Positions 14,151 to 28,318 of a stretch of 64,000 nucleotides of DNA are shown in pieces; the first letter of the stretch is position 1, and each line of letters begins with the position of its first letter. The notes beneath the pieces were generated by a model that was not told the origin of the DNA, searched no databases, and saw only the letters and a list, made by a program, of their open reading frames with translations. A program made the position numbers and the translations under genes. This stretch comes from the human T2T-CHM13v2.0 reference genome, Homo sapiens, in NCBI RefSeq assembly GCF_009914755.1, contig NC_060936.1; one strand, written 5' to 3'.

Positions 14151-14960
14151 TCAGTTTAACTTTTTAAAAAATTTAGTAACCCTCATTATTTATTGTGATG
14201 CTGTTTGTCCAAAAGTATTTTTTATTTGAAAATATAGCTATACCAGCTTCTCTAAGTATTTTGTGGCGTATCTTTTACCAATATTTTACTTTCAACTTTT
14301 CTGAATTGTGTTTTAGATGTTTTTCTTCTAACTTCCTGAAGCTTCTAATTACAGGTGTTTCCTACGCATTTTTTGTATAGCTGGATTATTATTGCTTTGC
14401 AAGTGGTGGTGGTTCTTGTCCACATTTCCATTTTGTCATTTTCTATCTTTTGTTCTATTTACACTTATAATTATTTACTTATAACTATTTACAAATTTGT
14501 ATTTAATTACATTACATCATACTATGCCTCTCTTGTTTTGCCTTTTCTGTTTCTTCTTCCCTTTTTAAAAATCTTTTATGTGAATTGATTGACTATTTTT
14601 CTCATCCAATTTTTTTTCTCTCTGTTGAATTAGAAGTAATATATACTATTTCTATTCTTTTAGTGCTTATCTTAGAAATTTGAGTTTAACAATTTCAAAA
14701 TTAATTAATTCTTTTACTTTCCTTAAACAATAAAAGGAGTCAGGAACACTTAAATTGTATCCACTCTCTGGCTGATTCATATGTTACCTTCATAAGCATT
14801 TAAATTCCTTCTGGCATTATTTTAACTTTTTAAGCTATTATACTCATTATAAGTTGCTATATACATTCCAGATTTGGTTAGATTTTCTTTGCTTTTCGTT
14901 CCTTTTTAAACCACAGACCTTCCATCTGAATTTATCTTCTGAATTTGCACATCTCTTTTT

Positions 14961-15284
14961 AACTTTTTTTTTTTATTTTAAGTTCCGGGGTACAAGTGCA
15001 GGATGTACAGGTCTGTTACATAGGTAAAGATGTGTCATGGTGGTTTGCTGCACCTATCAACCCAATACCTAGGTATTAAGCCCAGGATGGATTAGCTATT
15101 TTTCCTGATGCTCCCCCTTCCCCCTTCCCCTCACTCCTCACAGGCTCTAGTGTGTGTTGTTCCCCTCCCTGTGTCCATGTGTTTTCATTGTTCAGCTCCC
15201 ACTTATAAGTGAGAATATGCATTGTTTGTTTTTCTGTTCCTGCATTAGTTTGCTGAGGCTAATGGCTTCCAGCTCCATCCATGT
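14961..15284 (-). mobile_element. 5'-truncated L1PA (about L1PA8-10) 3' end
   Basis: ttacataggtaaa...ggtttgctgcacctatcaaccc...cccacttataagtgagaatatgc...gcttccagctccatccatgt. Confidence 0.9.
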
Positions 15285-16222
15285 ACATCTTCTAAAGTTT
15301 CCTTTAGTTACAGTCTGCTATTGGCAAAATACTTAGGTTTTTTGTTTGTCTGAAAATATCTTTACTTTACCCTTGTTCCAAAAAGATCTTTTCCCTAGGT
15401 ATAGAACTCTAGGTTTGCAGATGTTTTGTCTCAGCACAATAAAGATATCTTTCCACCATGTATTTACTGATCCATAATATAAATACAATACATAGTGAAG
15501 AAGGTTATTTCTGCATCTGTGGATTAGCACTTTTCATCAGTTACACAATATTCTGTCTTTATCTCCATATTTCCTAACTACTATCTCCTAGTTTTTATTT
15601 CTTTGTGTCTTTGTGTGCATTCTAGATAATTCTGTCTAATCTACCTTCTAGTTCACTAATTTCCAGTTGAGTAATTTCCCTCCTCAGGTATGTCCAACCT
15701 GTGGTTAAATGCATCCATTAAATTTTCATTTCAATTGTTACAGATCTAATGTTTATAAATTCTTCTTTCTTCATGTTAGTTATTTTTATACTAACTCTTT
15801 ACTTATATTTGCAATCCCTTCTCATATTTCTTCTGTTATGTTAAATCTCTGTATATTTCTAATGGCTTTGCAATTATGCAATTACTTTTTTCTGTTGCTG
15901 GATCTCACTCATGATGCGTTGTTTCTTTGTGTATTTTGTGAAATTTGACTGTAAGCTCATTTTAACTTTATCTCTGGGACCCTTTGACCTGGGTTTCTGG
16001 TTACAAAGTGTGTTTGTTTCTGCCAGACTTCTGAAGATATTACCCTCTTAGGAGTTTTTTAAGCTTAATTATCAGCTTGAACTATTTTAGACACATTCAC
16101 AAGTTAGTGTGAATTTGAACTGCAAACTTCTGTGAGGTTTCCATAAGGCCCAGTTTATTATTGGTACATTCTCAAGTGAGACTTTTTTCCTTTTCACTCA
16201 GGCCAAAATGTATAATAAGCAA

Positions 16223-16622
16223 CTGTTACTGTTTGAATGTGTCCCCCAAAAAGCATGTGTTGGAAACTTAATCTCCCATACTGCAGTATTGGGAGGTGGA
16301 CCTGATGAGAGGCTATTGGACCATGAGGGCTGTGTTCTCACAAATGCGTTAATGCTCTTACCATGGGAGTGGGTTTGTTATTACAGCAGTGGGTTCATTA
16401 AAAAATGGTGCATTTGGTCCCTTTTTCTCTGTCTCTCTTTTGCCCTCTCTTTGCCCTTCCACCGTGGGATGATGCAACATGAGGTTCTTCACCAGATGCT
16501 GGCCCCTCCAGCTTAGACTTCCCAGCCCTCCAGAACCATGAGGCAAATAAACTTCTTTTAATTTGTATTATAAATTACCCAGTCTTGATATTCTGTCCTA
16601 GCTGTGTAAATGGACTAAGGCA
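16223..16622 (+). mobile_element. ERVL-MaLR LTR (MST/MLT1A-like)
   Basis: tgtttgaatgtgtccccc...gacttcccagccctccagaaccatgaggcaaataaac...ggactaaggca. Confidence 0.85.
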
Positions 16623-16837
16623 ACACTTTTCTTTACAATCCCTTGGGAGGGGTCCTGTGTGTTTCTTGTTCACTAAGAGTATAGCCGTCGGGTTCCCAGC
16701 TTCATTCTCGTGGTCTCCTATTAGACTCTATACCATGGGCTTTGTCTCCTGTCCTTCATGCCCTATGAAACTGTCAACATTGAGGCTGAGGTTCACTTAA
16801 ATCAGTAAATATGCTCAAGGTTAAAATCTACTTCCTT

Positions 16838-17434
16838 AATTGCTAAAACAGGAAAGCAACCAAGATGTCTTTCAGTAGGTGAATAGATAAATGCACTAGG
16901 TTTACCTCTAGACAATGGAATATCATTCAGTGCTGAAAGAAATAAGCTGCCAAGCCATGAAAAAACATGGAGCAAACATAAATACACATTACTAAGTGAA
17001 AGAAGCCAGTCTAAAAAGACTACATACTGTATGATTCCAACTACATGGAAAGGCAAAACTACAGAGAAAATAAAAAGATCAGTGGTTTTCAGAGGATATT
17101 GTGGCAGAAGGGATGAAAAAGTGTAGCACAGAGGGTTTTCAGGGCAGTGAAACTGTTCCATATGATACTATAATGGTAGATACATGCCATTATACATTTG
17201 TCCAAACCCACAGAATGTACAATACCAAGAGTGAACCCTAATATCAACTATGGACTTTGAGAGATGATGATGTGTTAATGTAGTTTTATCAACTATTACA
17301 AATATGCTACTCTGGTGGAGGATGTTGATAATAGAAAAGGCTATGTATGTGTGAAAGAAGGATGGAAAATCTCTGTACTTTCTGCTAAATTTTTCTGTGA
17401 ACTTAAAACTGCCTGAAAAAAATAACATCTATTG

Positions 17435-17466
<32 letters not shown>
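16838..17466 (+). mobile_element. L1MC1-like 3' end with poly(A) tail
   Basis: aagcaaccaagatgtctttcagtaggtgaatagataaa...cattatacatttgtccaaacccacagaatgtac; A-tract at 17441-17466. Confidence 0.88.
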
Positions 17467-20400
17467 CCCTTCTTGATTTTTCTTCTTCTTCAAATTCTTA
17501 CCTTCACTCATTTGTTTTGTCCTCTTAGTATTTACTGTTATTTTGTCATCTTGTTAGTATGTTTAACAAAAAGAAGCATCATTAGCTGTTTTTAGCAGGC
17601 ATGTTTTTCATAGTGCCTAGCAATACCTACTGGCAAATATGAAACTTCTATGTTTTTGAGTCATACTCCTTGAATCGTTGTTTCCTGAGTATCAGTATTA
17701 TTTTCCACAAAAAGACTCTTAAGCCGTCTTTCATATGGGTCCTAGCAGGCCCTTATACTAGTCTTCTAGACATGTCCTGATGTAACTGAATACTGGTCTG
17801 AGCATAGTATAGGGCCTTAAGCTGGGATTGTCCCTGTCTTCCATTAAAACACTATAAGCTCAAGTATGATATGTGTTGAGATAGAGATGCAGAGATCTCT
17901 GTGTACTCAGAGGGTGGAAAAGCACTTCTGGTGATAAAAGAAGACTGTGGTAAACACGTGGTTTGAAATGTGTGCATTTATGTGGCAAATGGGCAATGAG
18001 CACTTCTTACTTGCAAAGTTCTATAATCAACAATGAGATACAAAGCTGAATACATTTGCTCTATCCTTTGGAAACTCATAGTTCACTAAATCTTGAATCA
18101 TAGGTAGAATTTTAATTAGGATAGTAAACGAAGTGGCATACATTTTTTGTGAGGAGGAAGAGGAATCCCTACAACAGAGTTGGTGGGTGGTTCCTACTTC
18201 AGTTTGGCTAGGTCGTCAGATGTGTGAGTGGAATAGTAGCAGATTTGGGGGAAATGTTGTTTGAGATCAGATTACAGAGGGCCTATAGTGTCAATCTGAG
18301 GAGTTTGGACTTCAGTAGTGCTGTAAGGATGTAATGATGTGTTTAAGGACTTATATTAAGAAGATTCATCAGGCAGTAATGTACCAGGTGAATTCAAGGA
18401 GATAGAACAGTTAGGAAAGAGATTACATCATCCTGAACTGTAGCAGCAACAGAGGGAGTAGAAAGTAAGGGGGAAAAGATAACCCTGAAGAGAAGACCTA
18501 AACCTGGATGACTGGAAAAATGATAAGGTCATTAACCAGCTTAGGAAGAAGATCAGATCTGTGAAGAGTCACTAAGACCAACCCGCTCATGTGGAGATCT
18601 GGTTCTGATGCCAGCAGAAAGAACTTCAGGCACTAAACTTGGCAGCTGAAAAGCTTGGCTGCACTCCACTGAATCAATCAAATTCCACTGTTTTCTTGAT
18701 TCTTAATTAATATTTTCCAGTAAACAAGTTGATCAGGTAGGAGAGAAAGAAAAGAGATGAGCAGATTTTATGGTGTATCCATTATTTATTTTATTAAGGA
18801 TAAATATTTGTATTTTAAAATAATGCTTATTTTTCTAATCTTAAGTAACTATATGGTCACAGCAAAAATGTCTGGAAATACAAAGGTATATTAAAAAAAA
18901 AGTAACCATCTTGATAATAACAGCAACTAGAGCTAACTACTATTTCCATCTAGAAATTTTTCTTTGAATACAAGACTTTGAAGAATGAGGTTATGTTTTA
19001 CAAATTTGTGATCATTTTGCTTTTTATAAAAGTTCTTCAGAGTCATAAAATTCATTGTTTAGATATTTCCTTACTTATTTAAGAAACGTTATATTGTGGA
19101 CATGGAGGATATTCATGATACTTTGCTATTATAAATTATGCACTAGTGAACAGATGCTGATATACTCGGGTTAATTTCGATGATCCATGTTTTTGCATGT
19201 AGCTACTAAACGAGAATGAAGAATAGATAATGCAGTGATTGAAATTAATTTCAAATGGCCAAATGATCAGATTAATCCATTAACAACAAATGGAGAAACA
19301 TGTCCACTCTTTAAAGGCCCAAGGAAAACGCAATTGATATAATTGTTGGGCAAAAAAATTAAACATTTTTAATAAATAAATACATTAAATAAATTAAACA
19401 TTAAAATTAGTTTGATGAATAATTTAATCCTATATTCAAAAGTTATAAAATACTACTCGAATTTCTTTAAAATGACACAAATTGTCATCATCATTATACA
19501 AACATACAATTATACAGCTATGCACCAGTCACTGGAAGAATTATACTATCTAGAATGAATTATTGATATATATGTGCGACAGTATATACATTCTTATGAA
19601 AATTTAACAGTGCACAAAATTCTATACCATCATTTATTTTGCATTTTGTGAAATAGATGATAACACAATGTCACTGTTAAACATTACAGTCCGCTGTTAG
19701 CTATAAATCCAGGAGGTACAGGCAACTAGTTATAATCAAACTTAGAAGGTATGTGCACATGCAATTATGCCAATAAGTGATATATGTGTGTATATATATA
19801 TATAATGCGTAAATATAATATATATATTTTGTGGGAGCTCCTCTAATTCTCCTCCTCCAGAATGGACATATCTCCTCAAAATGACTTTTTCTCTTCTAAG
19901 AGTATACATATTTAAAATGCATATCTTCCTGCTTGTTTAAAAAATTCAAATATCCTGAGTTTTTTGGGAAAAAGAGGTTTAAAATGGGAATAAAACACTA
20001 AAGTTTAACATCAATATTTTATGATCTTTTGTTATATTTTTTAGTAAATCTATTTCACAGTTTAATTTATTTGATTAGATCAGAAATGTCTGAACATATT
20101 TAATTATATTAAAATATTACCTTACCTAACAAGAAAAAGAACAGAGAAAAGCAATTTGGGAACAATTATTATTACATTCATAGGATCTTGACAGCCTTAA
20201 GTCTTGTACCTTTTCCTGTTATGATGACCACAGGAAAAACTCCCTCTCCCCAGTATAAAATAGCTTAGAAACATTGCAGGAATAGCCCACTGCCTCATTA
20301 GAAAAGCCTCTATTTCCTGCTTCAGTAACCAGCTGATAGAAATGAAGTTCATCTTATCAACAGGGTTATCTATTTTCTATTCTTCTTCTTCTTTGTTAAT

Positions 20401-21496
20401 CTTCCTTTTATGTTTTCTTAATAACACATGCTGGAAAAGTTCCTGAATGCTTTTCAAATAAAGAGAAGTTCTGAGGAGGACTGACAAATCTCTGTTGTGT
20501 CAACATAGACACGGGCATCTCCCAGTCTGGAATTCAATGTATAATATCTGAAATAGATACATGTAGACCCTCCTTTTCTCATTCATCAGATCAGGAGATA
20601 TTCAGGTCTACTAATTGGTTTTAATGCATGTTACTAGAATTTTATTGCCAGTACAGTAAAGATGTAATGCATTTCATGTATCATAATAGACTGGCATTAA
20701 AAAATAACTAGGAGAGCTGGCTCTAAAAAGAAGGAATAGAAAAGAAAAAATCTAGAATTTGTGCTATTAAATGAGTTTTTTAATGCTTTGGAATTATGAC
20801 CAGTGACAAAATGTAGAACCTACCAAATTGGAAATCATACATCAATTCAGGATCAGCCCATTACTTATGATTAATCATTATGTATTTACAACAACATTTT
20901 TTGTTATTATACACTGTAGTACTAACCTGAAGATGAGAAACTCCAAGCATTTTTTAATAATTAATCTTGTAGATCAAATTTCTCACTGACCATCAGAACC
21001 TAGAAGAAAATACTGTATTTTAGGGGTGTTATAGTATGGCATGGAAGAGATTTAATTCATTATTATGTCATATTCTCAATGAATGTCTGAGCATTGGGTA
21101 TAAAAATATAATAATATAAAAGGATTTCTTTCTTTGATCTACTCTCAGGAACATATTCATTCTGTGTAATGTTTTCTATGTAAAACCTTTGTCATTTCTA
21201 TGTAACACAAACAATCTGATCTACCTATGAAGAAAACAGTAGGTTTGCACTATATTTTTTGCAAATAATTGTCATTCCTCATCAGCATATAGGTCCATCA
21301 TAAAGCATGATAAATGGAATATCATTTGATAAATTTAAATTAACATCTCTATGCAAGTTCAAAAATTAGTTTTTGTTAACATGCCCCAGATTCTTTTCTT
21401 TCATTAATTTCTAGCTCAATTTTACAGTAAATATAGCCTCTCTATTAAACTCTGTGTGCTTTGGAGCAGTCTTTCAGCCTTAGCAAACCTAAATAA

Positions 21497-21891
<395 letters not shown>

Positions 21892-22090
21892 AGCCCTACA
21901 ACTCTTAATTCTGCCTCCTTTGTCCTTACCCATCTATCCTACCTCTCAAGGGCTAAGCAGTGTCTCAACTCTTGTGCCAAATATTTAACAGGGCTTACAA
22001 GATTCCAAAATGTTGGCTGCCAACGACATTGATTCCCACTAGATAAGGCAATGATAACCCTTACCACCATAGTATGTCACCCAAAGTTGA

Positions 22091-22412
<322 letters not shown>

Positions 22413-24139
22413 CTTCTAGACCTATTTTTAAAAATTCCCTTGAAGGCACTCTTGTGGATCATTTTGCGAATGTTTAGACTTTGCTTTTATCCCTGACAAT
22501 CCTCTTTCTGGCACCCGAAGTAGCTATCTATTATCTGTATCTGCTCTTATATTTAGGCAAAAGGTATTTTGCCTTTCTGAAGTGAATATGTCTTCAAAGT
22601 GACTTTTTAAACTATAAAACAGTATCCCAAACAGTAGATGGTATCTCTTTAGCTGACTTCCTTTGCTGAAAACATAGCCAACTCAAGAGCATGATAACAG
22701 ATGTAACCAAGAAGTACAATCATCGAATCAGAGACAACCACAGCACAAAGGGTCACCCCGTCCTTATGGATTGCTTACTTTGCAGAGTGCACATAGCTAA
22801 TGTCAAAAGAAGGTTGTTAACACTCTCTTTTGAAAAGCTATTTTCAGTAATTCAAAGGAAAGACAGTTTACAAATGCTGAGAGTGGAAATGCAATAAAGA
22901 CCGCGGGGCCAGGTGAAAGCAGCACTATAGACATTACCATAGGGATTTGAGCCTCTCCAAGAATGGACAGTACTCTTCTATAAAAGTGAAGTCTGCTCTT
23001 TCTTCTTTTTAAATTTGCTATAGACACTAAGGGTTGAAAGAATAGTAAAGATCTTTTCAACTCAAGCCTTGCTTTCCTAAGAATTCTATGCTCTCCATCC
23101 TCATTCAGTTGACATCACAACAAACGAAGCTCTCCACCTTGTTCCTGCCTCCACACATTTCATCTGGATAATACGCTTCATTCAGCGTCTCTCTCCCATT
23201 CAGTGATTCTGCCACCCCCAACACACACGTTTCCATGAACCCCCAGACCTCAGTTCCAGGTCGGAATGACTTGATTGAAGAACAGTATCAGCATGGTAAC
23301 AATAAAAAAGAGCAACTGAATGAAAGTCAGGAGGCCTGGTTTCTACTCTCAGCTCTGCCACTAAATTGTCAGATGAATGTGGGTAAGTCATTTCAATTTA
23401 GAAAAGATAGAAGGCAAGTTAGATTATGTCTAAAATTCCCTCCCAAATAATTCTAGGAAGTAAATCATAATTATGTTTTTTTTTCTAAAAAATCTAATCA
23501 ATACTAAAGATAAAATAGAAGAAATTTATGCTTTTGCTTGGGTTAAATACCAGAAAATCAAGTTCTTGCTTTCTCTCAATCATCCTAATTTTATAATTGC
23601 TTATGTTTTATATAAGATGGAAGCCACAGATTATGCATATTGGCCTCCCTCTCCCTTTTCTGCCCAGGACTTTGGTTATGAGACCTGTTAGAAATCAATC
23701 CTAATCTACCTCTCTAGTGTCCTCTCTTAATACATCCCTAAACCCTCTTCATGGTAGCCAACACTGAACTTCTCACCCTCCATGTAAACAGTAGCTTCTC
23801 TCTGGAGCATCCCCTCTTGTGGCTCATCTTGCCTCTTGATTCATCCAATCTATCTTTTACTACATATCCCATTGCACTATAGTGAATTCTTTATGTGCTT
23901 AAGCCTCCGTCTATAGACAATGATCTCTTAAATGACCATTGGACTATAAGAATGCATCTCTTGAAAAAGCAATCTTCAGAATTAAAAAGTGTGTGTGTGT
24001 GTGAGAGAGAGAGAGAGATCTGTGTTCAATTTCTGATTCTGATGAGTAGTTGCTGAGTGACCTTAAATAAATTACTTAATGCTGGCTCTGAATTTCCTCA
24101 TTTATAACATAAAATTTGTAGATAATACCTACAAAAAGC

Positions 24140-24700
24140 AATTGGGACTACAGTCCAAGAAACAGAAGACCCAAAACAAATGCTTAAGGGAAAAAGGAGT
24201 TTTATTGGCTCTCCTTGCTAAAAATTCCAAAGGTTTATTGTTTTAGATATAACTTGTCGCAGGGGCTCAAATAGTGGCACTAAATTTCAATCTTTCTCCA
24301 TCTTTGGCTTTTATTCGCTTTTTTGAATCCATTCTCAGGGTCTATATATTGTGGCATGATAAAGCTTTGAGCTACTCCTGATCTACATTTTTGTGGTTCA
24401 AATACAATAGAAAAGACAAGTGTTCTTTTCCTAATAGTTTCAACAAAAGTCATGAACCTGATTTTGATGGGCTTGAACTAAATCCTCATTTTTGAAATGA
24501 TCACTATACCCAGTGAACTAAATAAAATGCACTCATTAGCTAATCCCTAGATCACAAGCCCAGCCCTGGAGCTGGAATCAGCCCTGAACAAACACATGGA
24601 CTAGAAAGAAAAAGGTGTAATTCTGCAAAATAAATTTTAGGGTCATATTTCCAAAAAAACCATGAATAAATGCTAGATGGACCAGAAATAACTACTGTGC
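24140..24700 (-). mobile_element. Old MaLR LTR (MLT1J/K-like), approximate
   Basis: Decayed MLT1-like motifs (aacagaagaccca, tttattggctc, caggggctcaaatagtg). Confidence 0.45.
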
Positions 24701-25504
24701 ACTGTATTATCCTATCAGATTCTTAACAATTAAATGAAACATTATTCACAAATCATTTAGAGGAATGTTTGGTACATAATAAGTTTCCAAGTGTAATCCA
24801 TTGCATGTAGCAGGTGCTAGGAAAATGTCCAGTGAGTAAAGTGAATAAGTAAAAACTGAACATGCTAGAGGAATTCTTAGAATGAGTAACTTCATAGATA
24901 ATTTTGTTTTAATTTTACAGTTCATTTTTTGATTACTTTTCTTGTTGGCAGAGATAAGAGACTGGGTCACATCTATTGTTTGTACAGCTTTCAGAACGTA
25001 TTCTACTTAATCTAAGACAATTATGCTGCTGTACAAATATAGCAAAAGCAATTACACTCTACACCCAACTTCGCTTTAGCAGTTAACTAATTCAACAAAC
25101 GCATGTGGGGCTTCTCATAAGCTCTCAGTCCTCTGCTGGTACTATAAATGCAAAGAAAAAGAAGGCAAGGTGCCATCCTCAGAGAAACAAATTTCTTTTT
25201 GTTTCATATCTAATGCTGTGGGATATAATAACAGACCTAACAGATAAGGACCTTCTTAGAGAACAATAAACAGGTATTTTAAAACTAAACATCTTAATGA
25301 AATACAAATTTTCTAATTAAAAAAAGAAAGAAAAATAAATGCTCATAATTGCCAAGAAGCTACTAAGCATCAGTGAAATTTTGATAGAGGACTTCAGGAC
25401 CCCTATTTCAGAAAGAGTGATAGACAGTGGTACCATCTGGCAATTAAGCTGAGAGCTGAAAAATGAGAAAGAGCAATATACTATGAAATCAGAGGAAGGT
25501 GCTG

Positions 25505-25715
25505 TTTAGAATTCAGACCAGGTCCCTTAGCTAGAATGTGAATCCCAACTCCACTTTTGACTTGCTGTGTGACTTTGGGCCCAAGTTCTCTCTGTGGCTT
25601 CTTTTCTTCATCTATGAAATGGAAATAATGATAACTGCGTTTAAGAACCGATAGGACAATGACACTGCTTGCATTCAAGCCCTTAGCTTCTCTTGCATGA
25701 ACTGGTAACATTCGC
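25505..25715 (+). mobile_element. MIR SINE
   Basis: gaatcccaactccact...gctgtgtgactttgggcccaagt...ttcttcatctatgaaatggaaataat. Confidence 0.8.
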
Positions 25716-26168
25716 TTAATCCCTCCAACTCACCCACTATGCTAGTGCTGAAGTCATCTTTCTAAACTACAAATATGATAGTTTTATTTCTTTTATAATA
25801 GCCCCGTTTACTTTTTGCAAAGAACCCAAATTATTTAATAGGGTGTAGTCATCCTTCCGTGATCTGGCCTTTGCCTACCTCTGCAGTTTTAGTGTTCACC
25901 ATGACCCCTCACCCAGCCCAATCTTAAACTCTTAGCTTCGCACACATTAACTACGTAAAGTTCCTCTAACATGAAATGCTGTTTCCTACCTCTGTGCCTT
26001 TGCATGGTCAATGTTTCTCTGTTTGGAAATTTGGTCTCCTTGGTAAACACCAAGACTAATTTTATGATCTCTTCAAAATTTGCTGGATTCTTCCAGTAGC
26101 CCCCAACCTAGAACTGACTACCATGTCCACAAGATTTCCCTCTGACCCAGCCCATATTGATGATATTA

Positions 26169-26169
<1 letters not shown>

Positions 26170-26213
<44 letters not shown>
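26170..26213. repeat. (TG)22 microsatellite
   Basis: Direct reading. Confidence 0.97.
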
Positions 26214-26214
<1 letters not shown>

Positions 26215-28004
26215 CAATGAGAGTGATCTAATGAGGATACTGAAATAAGTAATACAGGATAAGAAGGAATAATTCCATGAGATAAATTCTTGAAAAATAA
26301 TAAAGGAATGGTTTACAGAGCATGAATGGAGGCACTCAACTTTGGTAGGATTGGGGATTTTTCTTTTGCTGTATAGAAAGGCAGCCCAGAGAGTCTTTCT
26401 ACGTACAAATGCATGTGGATTGACAAGTGGAGGGAAGACACAGAGGTTTCCATTCCATGGTTTCTTTTTCCTCCATGAAGTCTAGAACAAGATGACCAGC
26501 CAAGCATGAAGAGAGAGAAGGGCATGGTAGCAGAACTGCAGACAGAAGAGGTACGAGATACCAGACTGGGAGAGCAGAAAGTTGAGGTCATAATAATCCA
26601 CTAGGATCCAGTGAACTATCAGATAACGTCATCAACTAAGAGTGGGCGGTTTTTGTTGGAAATTTGAAAAAAGAGGAGGAATTATGGCACTAGTTCCTTT
26701 AGCATGTGAAACAGCAACTTGGCAAGGAAAGTAGAGTATAATTGTCGGGCAGCATGGATTGCTCATTTGCAAATTGTGGTAATGAACGTACAGGGAAAGC
26801 AGTCACTATGGTCGTCATGGTGTGCATCCCCTCTGGGACCATGTCACTGCTCAGCTGGGGAAGCAGGGAGGTGAATACTTGGTCTTAACCACAATTGACC
26901 TTCTTCTGGATGATACAGTGGACAAAGAGAACAGGGTAGTTGAGGATTTCGGAACTCTGCCAATGCTTTTTATCTAGAGTCATGTTGCCATTTTTGTCCC
27001 AAGAAAGGCAGGATTAGATTATTGTTTAACAGATTGAGTTGGTGTAGTGTATTCTTGGTTATCAAAATACTCGTATAGCTTTGGGATTTTGAACTGGGAA
27101 TATTCATGATGTGTGAAAAATCATGATACATACTGTACGATCTCAGTCCCATAAAACTGAATGTTGTGCCTACACATGCACAGGACCTAGAAGAACATGT
27201 CAAACTATAAACTGCTTGTGATTGTGAATGACTTTGTTCTTTGCTTCTTGTGTTTTTCAGTTTCCTATAATGCACATATTAACTTTTTAAAAATAAAGGT
27301 TATTTTAAAAGCCAAAAAAAAGATACTACATCTAACTGTGAATTTCAAGCTGCATAAGGAGACAGGAGTGAGCCTGAGGGAATTATTGACGGTGAGAAGG
27401 GGAAGGGTCAACAGGTTCGAGCTCTAGCGAGAGAACAAAAGTGCTGGAGTGGGAATGCAAGAGCATTTGAGCTGACCAGGAAGTGAAGTGCTTAACATTG
27501 CTATTTTTAAAATAAGGCAACTATGAAAATGACATTTTATGAATGTCCTCTTCTACACATTGCTTATAGCATGTTAAACTATTTTGATGGAGATCTCCCA
27601 AAAACTGACATGTGAGTCAGGAAATCAAATCACAAATGGCCGTGGATAGTTAGCAATACCTTTAGGAACCTAATAAATGATCATTTTAATATCTGCTAAA
27701 AACTCAACATTCAACTATGAAAAACCTTGGATTCTGGATTCTTCCAAAGGTAAACCACATGACACTAACAAATAGCAAAGTAATTGCAATTTCCTCAAAA
27801 GATACAACAAGCAAAATAGAGAAGGGGGAAAAAAACCTTCCTGATGTAAACAGAAGTGTCTTCCTGGTTTCCTTCTATAGCTTTGTTCTTTGTTTTAGAC
27901 AGATTGCTTTTGGGTGGAAGCCCATTCTAGGAAAGGTTTCCATGCAGTCTGCCTGGTTCCCTAGTTGTCACAGCAGAAGTAATGACACAAAATTTATGGA
28001 TCAT

Positions 28005-28318
28005 GGCCAGGCACGGTGGCTTATGCCTCTAATCCCAGCACTTTGGGAGGCCAAGGCTGGCAGATCACTTGAGGTCAGGAGTTTGAGACCAACCTGGCCA
28101 ACATGGTGAAACCCCATCTCTACTAAAAATACAAAAATTAGCCAGGCGTGGTGGCAGGCACCTGTAATCCCAGCTACTAAGGAGGCTGAGACAGGAGACT
28201 CGCTTGAACCTGGGAGTGGAGGTTGCAGTCAGCCGAGATCATATCACTGCATTCCAGCCTGGGCGACAGAGTGAGACTCTGTCTCAAAAAAAGAATTAAA
28301 AAATAAAATAAAAACAAA
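28005..28318 (+). mobile_element. AluS (Sx/Sz-like)
   Basis: Full dimer with A-rich tail; diverged TSD aaatttatggatca / aaatgtatgaatca. Confidence 0.95.
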